Positions 40,286-51,088 of a stretch of 64,000 nucleotides of DNA are shown in pieces. Made by a program: the position numbers and the translations under genes. The first letter of the stretch is position 1, and each line of letters starts with the position of its first letter. Below the pieces are notes generated by a model. It worked only from the letters and a program-made list of their open reading frames with translations, had not been told where the DNA came from and ran no database searches. This DNA is from Balanoglossus misakiensis (Eukaryota; Animalia; Hemichordata): NCBI GenBank assembly GCA_040954595.2, contig CM082577.2:18326303-18390302 (forward strand). The letters are read 5' to 3'.

Positions 40286-41639
40286 TGGGTAATCCCTCTG
40301 GATGAGCGTGATTGGTCAGAGATAGAGGGATCACCCAAGTGGCTATGCTCCCTGATGTTTAAACTTCATTAAAGATTTTAATGCCGTCTTACGGCTCGGG
40401 GGGGGGGGGGGTGGGCGGAAAGTTTGTGTCATGGGTTTCAAAATCAGGCCGACCCCCCTTCACCGAGGACCAAAAAATGATGACCCCCCCCCCCCTTGAC
40501 AGGCCAAAAACAAAAAATATGATGACCCCCCCCCCCCCCACGCCGAAAACATTCACCGTCCTGATCCTATGTACACTGTATGCTATAAAGGGAATTCCCT
40601 TTACTAGGTCAATGATGAGATTTGGAAGAGAGTTCGTGTGTGGCAGTCTAATACATATCTACCAGGAAAGCCAGATGTGTGGATATACCCGTACGTGGAT
40701 ATGTCAGCCATACCTGGGAAAGATGCCAGCTGGAAATCTACTGATCTCAGGGGCAAAAACTCTCTTCTGGCTGTATGATTGCCCAAACATTATGATTATT
40801 TAGGTTCATGAATATGTTATGCATTGAAAGAAGAACATTCTACCGTCATCAAAGGCTTTATCTTCAGCCCACTGTTATGACCACTTGAAACTCATAGACC
40901 AACTCAAGCACATGGTAGGAGGATTAGTGATCCCATTCACATCAGCAACCGAGTTGAAACATTCTGTCTGGTAAATGTAATCGATCTGGCATCAAGTTAC
41001 CTGTACTTCTCCAACAAAATCAGAGGAGATGCCAGTACCATTAACAACCAAAACCAGCCAGGAACTGCAAATGCTACCTATTAACCCCAAGGAAAACTCT
41101 ATACAACAAATTCAAGAGAAACTGGTTGACAAACTACTTCAGCTACACTACATTTCACCAGTCAATCAACACTATCACTTTCGTTTAAAATCGGGCCAAA
41201 TTTTCTCAATACTAAACCCAGGAATCGACAAAAAAATATGCCAGTAAATTTCACTTTTTAATTTTGTGTTGTATTTACATTGGTAATTTCATTCCATACA
41301 ATAACCTCTATAAGAAGCTCTCCCAACCAGTGACAGTTAACAATTTGGTTTTTGCTTTTAGTATGAGAGCAAGGAAGCTAAACATTATTAAGTGCACTAG
41401 AAAAGTTTGTTGTTGAACATTTGACAATAAAACATCTAGTGATGTCCGCTGCGACTCCCCTGGCTACAGTGCTAAATACCATATGTTGGTGAAGTTATTG
41501 ATTTCACAGATACTCAAGTTTCCTAGGTAGCCAATTTAAATGCTATGGAGAAGACTGGCTTCAAGAAAAACCCCTGATCGAATTCTGGCCGCCGAAGTTC
41601 CGGTGGTTACCATGGCAACTGACAGGCATTTGCAATGCT

Positions 41640-42340
41640 ATGGAGGTCCTTCATTGAAGATCAGAGTGAAGTGGAGAGGATACCAGCCACCTCTAAGCTG
41701 TACAAGGAATACCAATGGCTGATGAGGCACCTGTGTCTTTCTAATGGTTGGGAGGTCCCAGAAAAGTTCTCGCTTAAGCCACCAAACTCCCAAGCTGTTA
41801 TCATCCATTGGAGAATTATCTCTATTTTGATTAGCAGAATTTCTCCAGAGCAAAGGAACCAGTTTCGTAAATTACTTGATTCATTCCATCGACAGCAGTG
41901 AGGTCTGGGGTAGGGTCGGCAGATATCGGAAATCCCGACCAATCCAACAGGGAAGACACAGACAGACCACAGGAGAGCCAACAGTCTAACATCACGATCC
42001 CAGTCCCAGCGAAAAAGATGGAGGCTGAGACACAGGAAACAGAAGTGTTACCAGAGGCATGGGATTCACATTTCCACCTTGATCGCAAAAGTAGATGCTT
42101 GTTTAGGAAAGTGACATCAGATGAGCTACTACAAGCACCAGATCTACCCATGCTGAAACATCCACTCCATCCACGGGATCGAAGTTTATAGCGAACCAGA
42201 CCAATATCCATCCGACCTCAACAGGAGAGAAAGATGGAAGGTCGCACTGGGGGTACATCCAGCGATTGACCGATGAGGGGTTCTGAAAGCTTGGAGAACT
42301 TACCCTGTCACCTGTGGTGATCGCCCTCGGAAAAATCATG
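41640..42340 (+). pseudogene. Degraded homologue of the Gypsy TatD-like accessory gene
   Basis: MRHLCLSNGWEVPEKFSLKPPNSQAVIIHWRIISILI aligns with MKRLCVFQGWEVPNKFPLNPPTTPAILIHWRVLSVLL (ORF 51089-52531). It continues with WDSHFHLDR and VALGVHP, with stops and frameshifts. Confidence 0.85.
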
Positions 42341-43589
42341 GAATAAGAAGCTTAAGAAAGATGGCAGAAATATAGAGTAAAAAGAATAGAAGAAAAGAAG
42401 CAGAAATTTTGTTTAAATTTTTTTTATTGTAGTTTCATTGTTGAACAGTAATACAGGATTTTAAATTCACATAGCAGGCTGGAATGTGCGTGTTTTTAAG
42501 TCATGAATGAAAATCCAATAAATCCGCCACTATTGTTACTACTATTGTTACCAAATGTATGGAAGCCCAATGTGGGTAAAATTCACTATCAGCACAATGT
42601 GGAAATTGAAAGTTGCATACAACAACGCTGCTCATGGACGAAGTAGTGCGAGCTCTATGTTTGTGACGAACAGAATTGATACATTCGATGCCCTGCATAG
42701 AAGGCGAATTTTTAGTCTCAAACAAAGACTTTAGCTGAATGTTGCATTTTTATGAACTCAAAAGCAAATTATCTCAATGTTTGGGAGGACCAATTTTACT
42801 TTTTGCCACTCCACTCAAAGTTAGAAGATTTGGCGTCATCTTTGTCATGACATCATTTATAAAACTTCTAGTATATAGAAGTGGGGTTGGGGTGGCAAGC
42901 ACTCTGCCCTGGTACACTAGCCAAACCAGCAAAAAACGAAATGTGGCAGAGAATGAAGGGGGTGGGTGTGGGAGGGGGTGTCCCCCTCGCACATTAGAAA
43001 ATTTTGTAAAATAAAGGGCGCGAAACTGCAATTTTGTGGACTCAAAAGCAAAAGTTCGGTGGCAAAAGTATGTGACCCCCCCTAAACGTTTAAAAAAAAA
43101 GATGACCCCCCCTTTTGGACTTCAAAATTAAAGTGACCCCCCCTTGGATTTTGCCACCCCCCCCCCCCCCCCCCGGGCACTATTTTTTGTTCAAAACAAA
43201 TTTCTTCTCATGCCACATTCTGTGCTCATACCTTGTATTGGTGCGATTTGATACAACAATACACAAAGAATTTCATCACCAATCACAGTATAAAAACTAA
43301 GATATCTTAATATGTTTACGTTGTAACCAATTTCTAAAAATTATATGATATGATATGAAACTGAAAATTGGGATCCAAAATTGTGAATTTGGTGAGACCT
43401 ATTGTGTTAAATGAGGGAAATGACAATAATTTGTGTGAGGCAATTTATGTATGAGGGGGAGTTTTTTATACTAAATTATGGCACATACACACCAGGAGAA
43501 ATTGCCATGGAAATGGCCTTGAGGTTTTATGACCTCTACTGAACATGTCAAAGAAGTGCTGAATCCCATCTTGTTTTACTATTTCACAG

Positions 43590-45206
43590 GTGCAAATGCA
43601 GTCACTGCCAAACAATGCCCACAGCTGTTGCAATGTGTTTGCTGCTGGGAAATTCCACAAGTTACAGATAAAAGGGTGAAAAGGGAGGACAGGTTTTATC
43701 AGACATTTACCTGTATAACAGACCATCCTGGAATTTGCAGCACTTTTTACAATAGAACGACACTTCATGCTCCATAATATTTCTGAAAATGAAGAAAACA
43801 GTAAATTTTTAGGATTTTTAAAAAAAAATTACTATTTTTGTCAAAATATGGCCATTTTTGGAGTGGTCGAAACTTTTAACATACAATCAACATGTCATGT
43901 ATGATGATACATGTCTATTTTCTAGAGTCAACATGCTTATATCTGAGATGATAAGACTTCAACTAGCATGTAGTAGCAAGTTTTTTCACTCTTGTGTCTA
44001 CAGGTGAGATGGAAGTTGTGTGTGGTCGAACAATTGATTCACTATATATCCACATGTAGAATAACATCAACAGTGTCTTGTATCAAACATAATTAATGGA
44101 AAACGGGCAGCAAAAGAGAGACTTTAAGTTACTTTATCCATTTCCCACACAAACCAAGTCAAATTATATCCAAGTAGTGAAATTAGTTAATTTTCTTTTT
44201 CATCATTTCCAGTGTATTTACTTGCCAAATCAAAGGAACAGAAGAGATCGATGGGCCTGAGTTCCAAGACGTTTAATGTCAAATTCCAAAATAAAATCAG
44301 CAATGCAAGGAGGACATTAAAAACAACTTTGAATTGTTAAAATTCGGCCTTTGTTTTATCTGTTTGATGGAAATTAGAAAATAAAATATCTCAAGTTTAA
44401 TATTGAAGATCTTCATTGGTCTGTCTTTCTTTACATCTGTAAGGTAAGCCTTTATATTTTTAAAGTAAAAACTTATGCCAGAAGAAGTACTGCTTGAAGT
44501 ATAATGGTTGTCACTATTTAATACTTCTGAACTACATGGGGTAACCAAGCAATTTATAAATACATAACATAACAATGCACTATAATATTTAGGCTGCATA
44601 ATTTTGCATGTCGATTATATATGCATACTTGATCTTGCTTCATACATGTACATGCTTAAGCATCAAGTATGTATATGCAAATATTTTAGCATGTACATGC
44701 TATTTTTCCAGCAATGTACAGGTTTATGATTGAGCATGTATATGCAAATTTTCTTAGCATGTACATGCTTATTGTACAAGATCATTTAAATAATTCGGCC
44801 TATATACATGCTTATAAGCATGTCACATGCTAGTAATGTCCATAGATGATTGCAGAAAGCATGTCCAGTCAAGTAACATGTACAGGCTAATATCTGACCA
44901 CTAAATACAGGCATGCAAGTTTTGTAAGGGTCAATCCAGATGTGTTAGATGTGGCTTGGCTGACATACAAGCAGCAGGACAAAGGGAAGGCATTTAGTGG
45001 ACCGCAGGATGCCAAGTACAGACACATTTGCATACAGACAATTTGTTCGATGGTGCTGGGAGTTTCTTAGTAAAGACAACCAGACTGTACTACCAGCCTG
45101 TGCTGTTTCCTGTATCAGGGCACACTTTCTGTCACTAGGTGAAGAGGATAATTTTGTTTTTAAGGAGTTTCTTGTTGCTGAGAACAACTTTCCAGAACTC
45201 CAGTAA
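43590..45206 (+). pseudogene. P2X7 cytoplasmic-ballast/nanor-like protein (KolobokP accessory type), split into 43590-43745 and 44931-45206
   Basis: After an AG acceptor: CKCSHCQTM..CVCCWEIP..CITDHPG. After the insertion: NPDVLDVAWLTY..KYRH..AYRQFVRWCWEFL..VLPACAVSCIRAHF. Several frameshifts. Confidence 0.75.
44590..44930. mobile_element. Terminus of an EnSpm/CMC-like DNA transposon
   Basis: Many AGCATGTACATGCT-like subterminal motifs ending in TTTTGTAAGGG, exactly where the ballast-like coding frame resumes. Confidence 0.5.
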
Positions 45207-45518
45207 TACATTCTACAGAATTATCAAGTAATACATTCTGCAGATTTATCAACTTGTTTAAAAGAATGTGTCAGAAAATATTTCTTAACCTTCCAGAACT
45301 CCAGTAATACATTCTACAGAATTATCAAGTAATACATTCTGCAGATTTATCAACTTGTTTAAAAGAATGTGTCAGAACATATTTCTTAATCTTCCAGAAC
45401 GCCAGTAATACATTCTACAGAATTATCAAGTAATACATTCTGCAGAATTATCAACTTGTTTAAAAGAATGTGTCAGAAAATATTTCTTAACCTTCCAGAA
45501 CGCCAGTAATACATTCTG
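45190..45518 (+). repeat. 101-bp tandem repeat, about 3.3 copies
   Basis: TTCCAGAAC(T/G)CCAGTAATACATTCT at 45190, 45291, 45392 and 45493. Confidence 0.95.
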
Positions 45519-46122
45519 CCATAGACCCTAGAGAAAGAAGGATGCGCAACTGCCGGCAAAGATCAAAGGGTTTGGGGATTATCGGTATGACGATGTTCTT
45601 TTGCATATAATTAACACCTAGGACAGTGGCATGTGTGAATCTCCACTTTGGCACGCGTCGATGTAATTAGCATATCATTTACATATCACCAAACATTAAA
45701 CGCAACTCTGCGATGCGCGACAGTAGCCGCAGCCTTCAGTGCAGACGGTCATATTTTTTTCGCGTTTAACCTCACCAGTCAGAAGTTTTTTAAGTCAAGA
45801 CTCCTCTATTGACCAAAGATAAATGTTTTCCTTACTTTTTCTTTCAAACATATTGTGAGAGCTACCGTAGTGACTCCAGAAAACACTAGAGTCTGCAGTG
45901 CAGGCTCTGAAGTTCAAGAGTGAAAACTCGCCATCAAAACGGGCACTCGTATATTTCAGTAACCACTGCGTTTTTTTCCAAAATTCCAAAAATAGTTAGT
46001 TGTTTGTGTAAATTATTGTGGTATGGTGTATGTCTGTTGGTTGTAAGGTCAATTCTAACGCCACAATCTTTATTTCAAAATTGTAAGCATGTCATCCAAA
46101 ATGGTATGACGCTCCCAATTCT

Positions 46123-47345
46123 GCCCGATTGGGCACTCATATATTTTGGTAATGCTGACATTTCTTGCAAAAACTTTATGTTAACGTGAATCTTTGAAAC
46201 AAAAATTGTGGTTTAGGGGCATTTTCTTTCCTGGTGAGTGAACAATGAAGCAGATTTCAAGAAAACAATTTGTAAACAAACTGGTCGGATTTCCACATGT
46301 GCGCTATGGTCGCCATCTTAACGCATCCAATTCTGTGTCAAGCGCCCGATTGGGCACTCATATATTTTGGTAATGCTGACATTTCTTGCAAAAACTTTAT
46401 GTTAACGTGAATCTTTGAAACAAAAATTGTGGTTTAGGGGCATTTTCTTTCCTGGTGAGTGAACAATGAAGCCCAGATATCAAGAAAACAATTTGTAAAC
46501 AAACTGGTCGGTTTTCCACGTGTGCGCTATGGTCGCCATCTTAACGCATCCAATTCTGTGTCAAGCGCCCGATTGGGCACTCATATATTTTGGTAATGCT
46601 GACATTTCTTGCAAAAACTTTATTTTAACGTGAATCTTTGAAACAAAAATTGTGGTTTAGGGGCATTTTCTTTCCTGGTGAGTGAACAATGAAACAGCTT
46701 TCAAGTAAACAATTTGTAAACAAACTGGTCGGATGGTCGCCATCATGCATCTTTGTCGACGACAGGAAGTCAACCACATGATGTGTTAACGAGTTGACAA
46801 ACTTGTCAAATACCCGGCTTGTAAAAAATACTAGTTTTCAACGCTGCCATGCTCAAAAGTGCAGTATTCCTTTTTACTTGTTCAGGTGTTTTCTGTAAAT
46901 CAACGTTGCAGCAGTTCAACTTTAGCTAAGCTGCATAAATATTTTCTCTGCACGGTAACTAAAGGTGGGCGGGTCCGACCATATGGTGAGGTCAGACTGG
47001 GCACTCATATATTTTTGTAATGCTGACAATCCTCGCAAATACTTTATGTTGGCTTTGAGCTTTGAAACAAAAATTATGGCTTAGGTGTCTTTTCATTCGT
47101 GATGTGCGAAGAATTAAAAAGATTTCAGGAAAACAATTTGTAAACAAACCGGTTGGGTTTTCACGTGTGCGCTTCGGTCGCCATCTTGGTTGACAACGAC
47201 AGGAAGTCAACCACACCGTGTTAACGAGTTGACAAACTTGTCCATTACGCGGACAATATACAATGTATACTAGTTTTCAACACTGCCATGCTCAAAAGTG
47301 CCGTATTCCTTTTAACTTGTCCAGGTGTTTTCTGTAAATCCCCGT
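46123..47345 (+). repeat. ~222-bp tandem repeat (3 copies) plus a diverged longer duplicate from ~46998
   Basis: GCCCGATTGGGCACTCATATATTTTGGTAATGC at 46123, 46344 and 46567. 46998-47345 resembles 46575-46925. Confidence 0.9.
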
Positions 47346-48151
47346 TGCAGCAGTTCAACTTTAGCAAGTACCCACATGCGATTCCCCGTGTTAGACTAAT
47401 GGGATTTGGTTTGAGGAAAGAAATAACAAACAACAAACAGAACGAGAATTACAATAGAGCGAGAATTTGTGGTAATTTACGAGACTTCGTTCGGCATGCC
47501 TCAGAATCGGTACAATTTCCTTTGATTGGTGAAGAATCGCTTGAACTTGCGGGAAAAATGAACGTATCCACAGGATTCACTAACCATCTATCCTTCCCAG
47601 GAGGCAGTGGCATGAAACACTGTGCGACCGTTTGTGAGTAGCGAGCGATTAATGGTCGCAATGCGTGGCCGCGCAGTTCTAAAGTAATACTCGCCCTACA
47701 GGGGAGAATACTACTCGCGGTTGCACCGGCCGTGTATATATTACCTACACAAAAGCGGTCGATGCTTATACTAACTATGACTAAATACTTAACCCTTTGC
47801 TGCCCAGGGCACCCTCATGCGCCCGACATGCGCTGCTGTCCAGAGCACCCGTATCCGCCCGAGATTTCCTTCTTCCGGGTTTGGGAAATTCCATCCGGGA
47901 TAGCACGCAAAGTACCCGCCTTTTGATTATGATAATGTGGTGACGTCTGGTTTATATCCGGGACCTTACTTTGACGTCAATGAATATGTATGTTCCCATT
48001 GGATAAATTTGAATTACAATCGTTTGAAGTTGTTTGCCGCCTACGCGTCACGGAAAATTATCATAACCGCTGACCTCTGTAGTGTAAAAATATTCACGTC
48101 GTGTACACTTTCCACTTTAACCTTTTACACGACCTATATTAAACAACAACA

Positions 48152-49849
48152 ATGGATCCCGGCCGTGCTAATGCGGAAGTAATGAGGTTTCTTTTGGACG
48201 ACGACGACGATGAAGAATTTCTCGGTTTTCCAGCGGAGGATACGGCCAGCGACATCGAAATCCGCGAAATCAACGATGCGCTGCGACAAGTTCTCGAGCT
48301 GGAGAATGAGAACGACTTAGAAGTCCCGGAAGATCTGCGTAACATCCCGTGGTCGGCCGATCTAGAAAATTTTGATTTACCAACATTTCTCGTAGGCGAA
48401 TCAGGGCCAAACCACAACCTGGCGGCAGGTTCTCAGCCTCTTGATTATTTTTTTTTACTGATTCCGCCGTATTTTATACGACGCTTGGCAGAGGAGACCA
48501 ACCGTTACGCCGATCAAAAACAGCGCGCGACGGGCATCGACCGCTATTGGTATGACACAAAACCCGACGAAATCAAGGCGTTCATCGCGATCAATATTTT
48601 GATGGGAATACACCAGCTTCCCAACATCAACTTGTACTGGTCGACTGATGACAGGCTTCAGGTCCCGGGCATAACCAAAATTATGACCAAAAACCGTTAT
48701 AAGAAGTTGTGTCAATACTTTCACGTCAACGATAACGAAGCCGACCAGCCAGCTGAAAACCCTCACCGAGATCGCATGCATAAGATCCGCCCGCTCCTCG
48801 ACGTCGTCCAGCTCACATTCCCGGCAAACTATGTCCCCTTTCGCGAGATTTCCATCGATGAGGGAATGGTAAAATTCAAGGGGCATAGCTACATGATTCA
48901 GTATCTGCCAGCGAAACCAATCAAATGGGGGTTCAAGCTTTGGATCATCGCTTGCCCCCGTACCGGGTACTGCCTCAACCTCGATCCGTACACCGGGAAG
49001 AAAGGTGGTCAAGTCGCCCAGAAAGGTCTGGGATATTCGGTTATTTGGCAACTGTCGCACATGTACCACAACATGGGGCACGTTTTATTTTATGATAATT
49101 TTTTTAGTTCAGTCGGGTTAGCCCTCGATCTGCTAAAATCGGGTACGCTTTGCTGCAGTACAGTTCGGCCAAACCGAGTTGGATTTCCCGTCGATCTCCG
49201 GAATGTAAAACTCGATAGCAACGCGTCAAAAACTCGCCAGTTTGGGAAGCTGACGGCAACTGTGTGGCAGGATAAAAGACAAGTTACCACACTCCAGCCT
49301 GAGTGTGTAACAACAAGACGGCGAGCCGGAGAAGTGTCCTGTCCCAAGAGTATTGTTGACTACAACAAATATATGGGCGGTGTCGACCTTTCAGACCAAC
49401 TCGCGACCTACTATCCTTTGGGCGGAAAGCACTTCAAGTACTGGAAGTACCTGTTTTGGTCCATTCTAAACAGGGCAATCTGCAACGCCTGGATTTTGTA
49501 CAAGATTGCCAATATTCCAGCTCCAAGACGAAGATACCGCCAGCTGGATTTCCGCCTAGATCTGTGTACACAGTTGACAGCTGGATTCAGTGGTAGAAAG
49601 CGACCAGGGCCATCACCAGCTCCTGTCCTACTTCCAGCGTCGCTGAGTGCGGATAATTTTCCCGGCCACCAGTGCACAAAATTGGACACTTCCCGGCAAA
49701 AAAAGGGCTGTGTTCTTTGTGCTAAGCAAAAGAGGAAGACGCAGTCTGGCAGAGCTGTCCAAACAACGTGGATGTGCTGCAATTGCAGAGTAGCCCTTTG
49801 CAAAGTCGACTGCTTTGCAAAGTACCATGCCATCCAGTACCAGGCATAA
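48152..49849 (+). CDS. piggyBac transposase (PGBD4-like), 565 aa
   Basis: DDD triad SIDEGM, FYDNFF, GGVDLSDQ; KPIKWGFK; C-terminal Cys-rich domain CVLC...CCNCRVALCKVDCFAKYH. No stops. Confidence 0.95.
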   Translation: MDPGRANAEVMRFLLDDDDDEEFLGFPAEDTASDIEIREINDALRQVLELENENDLEVPEDLRNIPWSADLENFDLPTFLVGESGPNHNLAAGSQPLDYFFLLIPPYFIRRLAEETNRYADQKQRATGIDRYWYDTKPDEIKAFIAINILMGIHQLPNINLYWSTDDRLQVPGITKIMTKNRYKKLCQYFHVNDNEADQPAENPHRDRMHKIRPLLDVVQLTFPANYVPFREISIDEGMVKFKGHSYMIQYLPAKPIKWGFKLWIIACPRTGYCLNLDPYTGKKGGQVAQKGLGYSVIWQLSHMYHNMGHVLFYDNFFSSVGLALDLLKSGTLCCSTVRPNRVGFPVDLRNVKLDSNASKTRQFGKLTATVWQDKRQVTTLQPECVTTRRRAGEVSCPKSIVDYNKYMGGVDLSDQLATYYPLGGKHFKYWKYLFWSILNRAICNAWILYKIANIPAPRRRYRQLDFRLDLCTQLTAGFSGRKRPGPSPAPVLLPASLSADNFPGHQCTKLDTSRQKKGCVLCAKQKRKTQSGRAVQTTWMCCNCRVALCKVDCFAKYHAIQYQA

Positions 49850-50045
49850 AATGGCCCTTTGCTTTTCACGGCCAACAAACGGCCCTTTTCAGGGCCATCA
49901 CTAGAAGTCACACTACTGTAAAAAAAATGTGACCCAAGCCAAACGGCCCTTTTCAGGGCCAACAAATCCTCCAAAAAGAGAATACCGAAAAATAAAAATG
50001 TAAGCACCCACTCTCAACAACACAAACACACACAAACGTATACAG

Positions 50046-50046
<1 letters not shown>

Positions 50047-50092
<46 letters not shown>
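50047..50092 (+). repeat. (CA)n microsatellite in the piggyBac 3' region
   Basis: Direct observation. Confidence 0.95.
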
Positions 50093-50094
<2 letters not shown>

Positions 50095-50794
50095 GACAGA
50101 AAGAAGGAAATGAAACCTTTAACTTAATAGTAAAAAGAAAGAAATTACTGTTAATAATGTGAAAAACTGACAAAGAGACCTGTAATTTAGTTTTATTTAT
50201 TCTCATTCAAAACTAATTTCCTCTTCACCTGAAACAGAAAGTGTAAAATGCACAAAACCTGCTTTCCATGAACTATAGTTGAATGGAAACTTTCTGGACA
50301 CATCACATGCCACACATCATTGAAACGGGAATTTTCAGAACTGTAAAATAAATTTTACCTGCTACAGTCAATTCCCAACCATTTTTGAGCAAATTCTGGT
50401 AAAAACACACACCTAATTTTGATTGCACAATCTCACTAATTCAGTGAAAAGTTCTGGGCTCCACTATGCATTGTTATGCAAATGAGCTGGGCTGCAAAGG
50501 GTTAACTATCTTAAACGCTATATAAAGGTGAGACAGAACTATATGTGAAAGCTTATAAGGATATTACTTACGTCTTGATAGATATCAGGTACAATTCGGT
50601 CTATCGGATCTCCAGCTCGTCGGAACGGCGTGCTTTCCCCAGGTCCGCCCACACTGCTGTTGGCCTCATCCATTGGTGCTGCCCCTGTCAGTCAGATCTC
50701 CGTGCTCCGCCTTCCACGGTCCTGGCTGGCTGTCGCCCTGGGCAACCTACTCCGGCTGCCAGTCATCCGGGGGTCCAAATGTAATTCCACTACA

Positions 50795-50814
50795 CTCGTC
50801 CTTCTTTTCTTTTT
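50795..50814 (-). promoter_or_regulatory. Polypurine tract
   Basis: AAAAAGAAAAGAAGGACGAG directly followed by TGT on the minus strand. Confidence 0.75.
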
Positions 50815-51088
50815 GGGAGATCCTCCCTGGGGCTATATGTCGGGTAATGGGAAGCCTGAAACGGTGGGGTTCCCTGGAAACGTTCGCCGGGCTGGTCCTG
50901 AAAATAAAAAGATCTTGGGTGGCTTGCCCGCGGAGACGGGCACCAGAATACTCTCTGATATTAGATTCCAGCCAGGGTGGCCGGATTGGGTTTTGTGGTT
51001 GTTTGGCATGTATTTCCTCTGCCAGAAGCGGATGTTTGGGTAGGATCTTCCTCCGTCAGTGACGGATTTCACACTCTGTTTTGTTTCT

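Larger units (their letters stand above)
47793..50501 (+). mobile_element. piggyBac DNA transposon, full length (2709 bp)
   Basis: TTAA at 47789-47792 and 50502-50505. TIR CCCTTTGC(T/A)GCCCAG matches 14/15. Confidence 0.95.
47621..50794 (-). repeat. Putative 3' LTR of the minus-strand Gypsy (~460 bp, interrupted by piggyBac)
   Basis: Begins TGTAGTGG (50794) immediately after a polypurine tract. The candidate end ...GGTCGCACA at 47621 is inferred, as no second LTR is in the window. Confidence 0.55.

Noticed and set aside
40386-43180. G-run and C-run blocks as TIRs of one element
   Set aside because: Likely DNA-transposon relics, but I could not define matching termini or a TSD.
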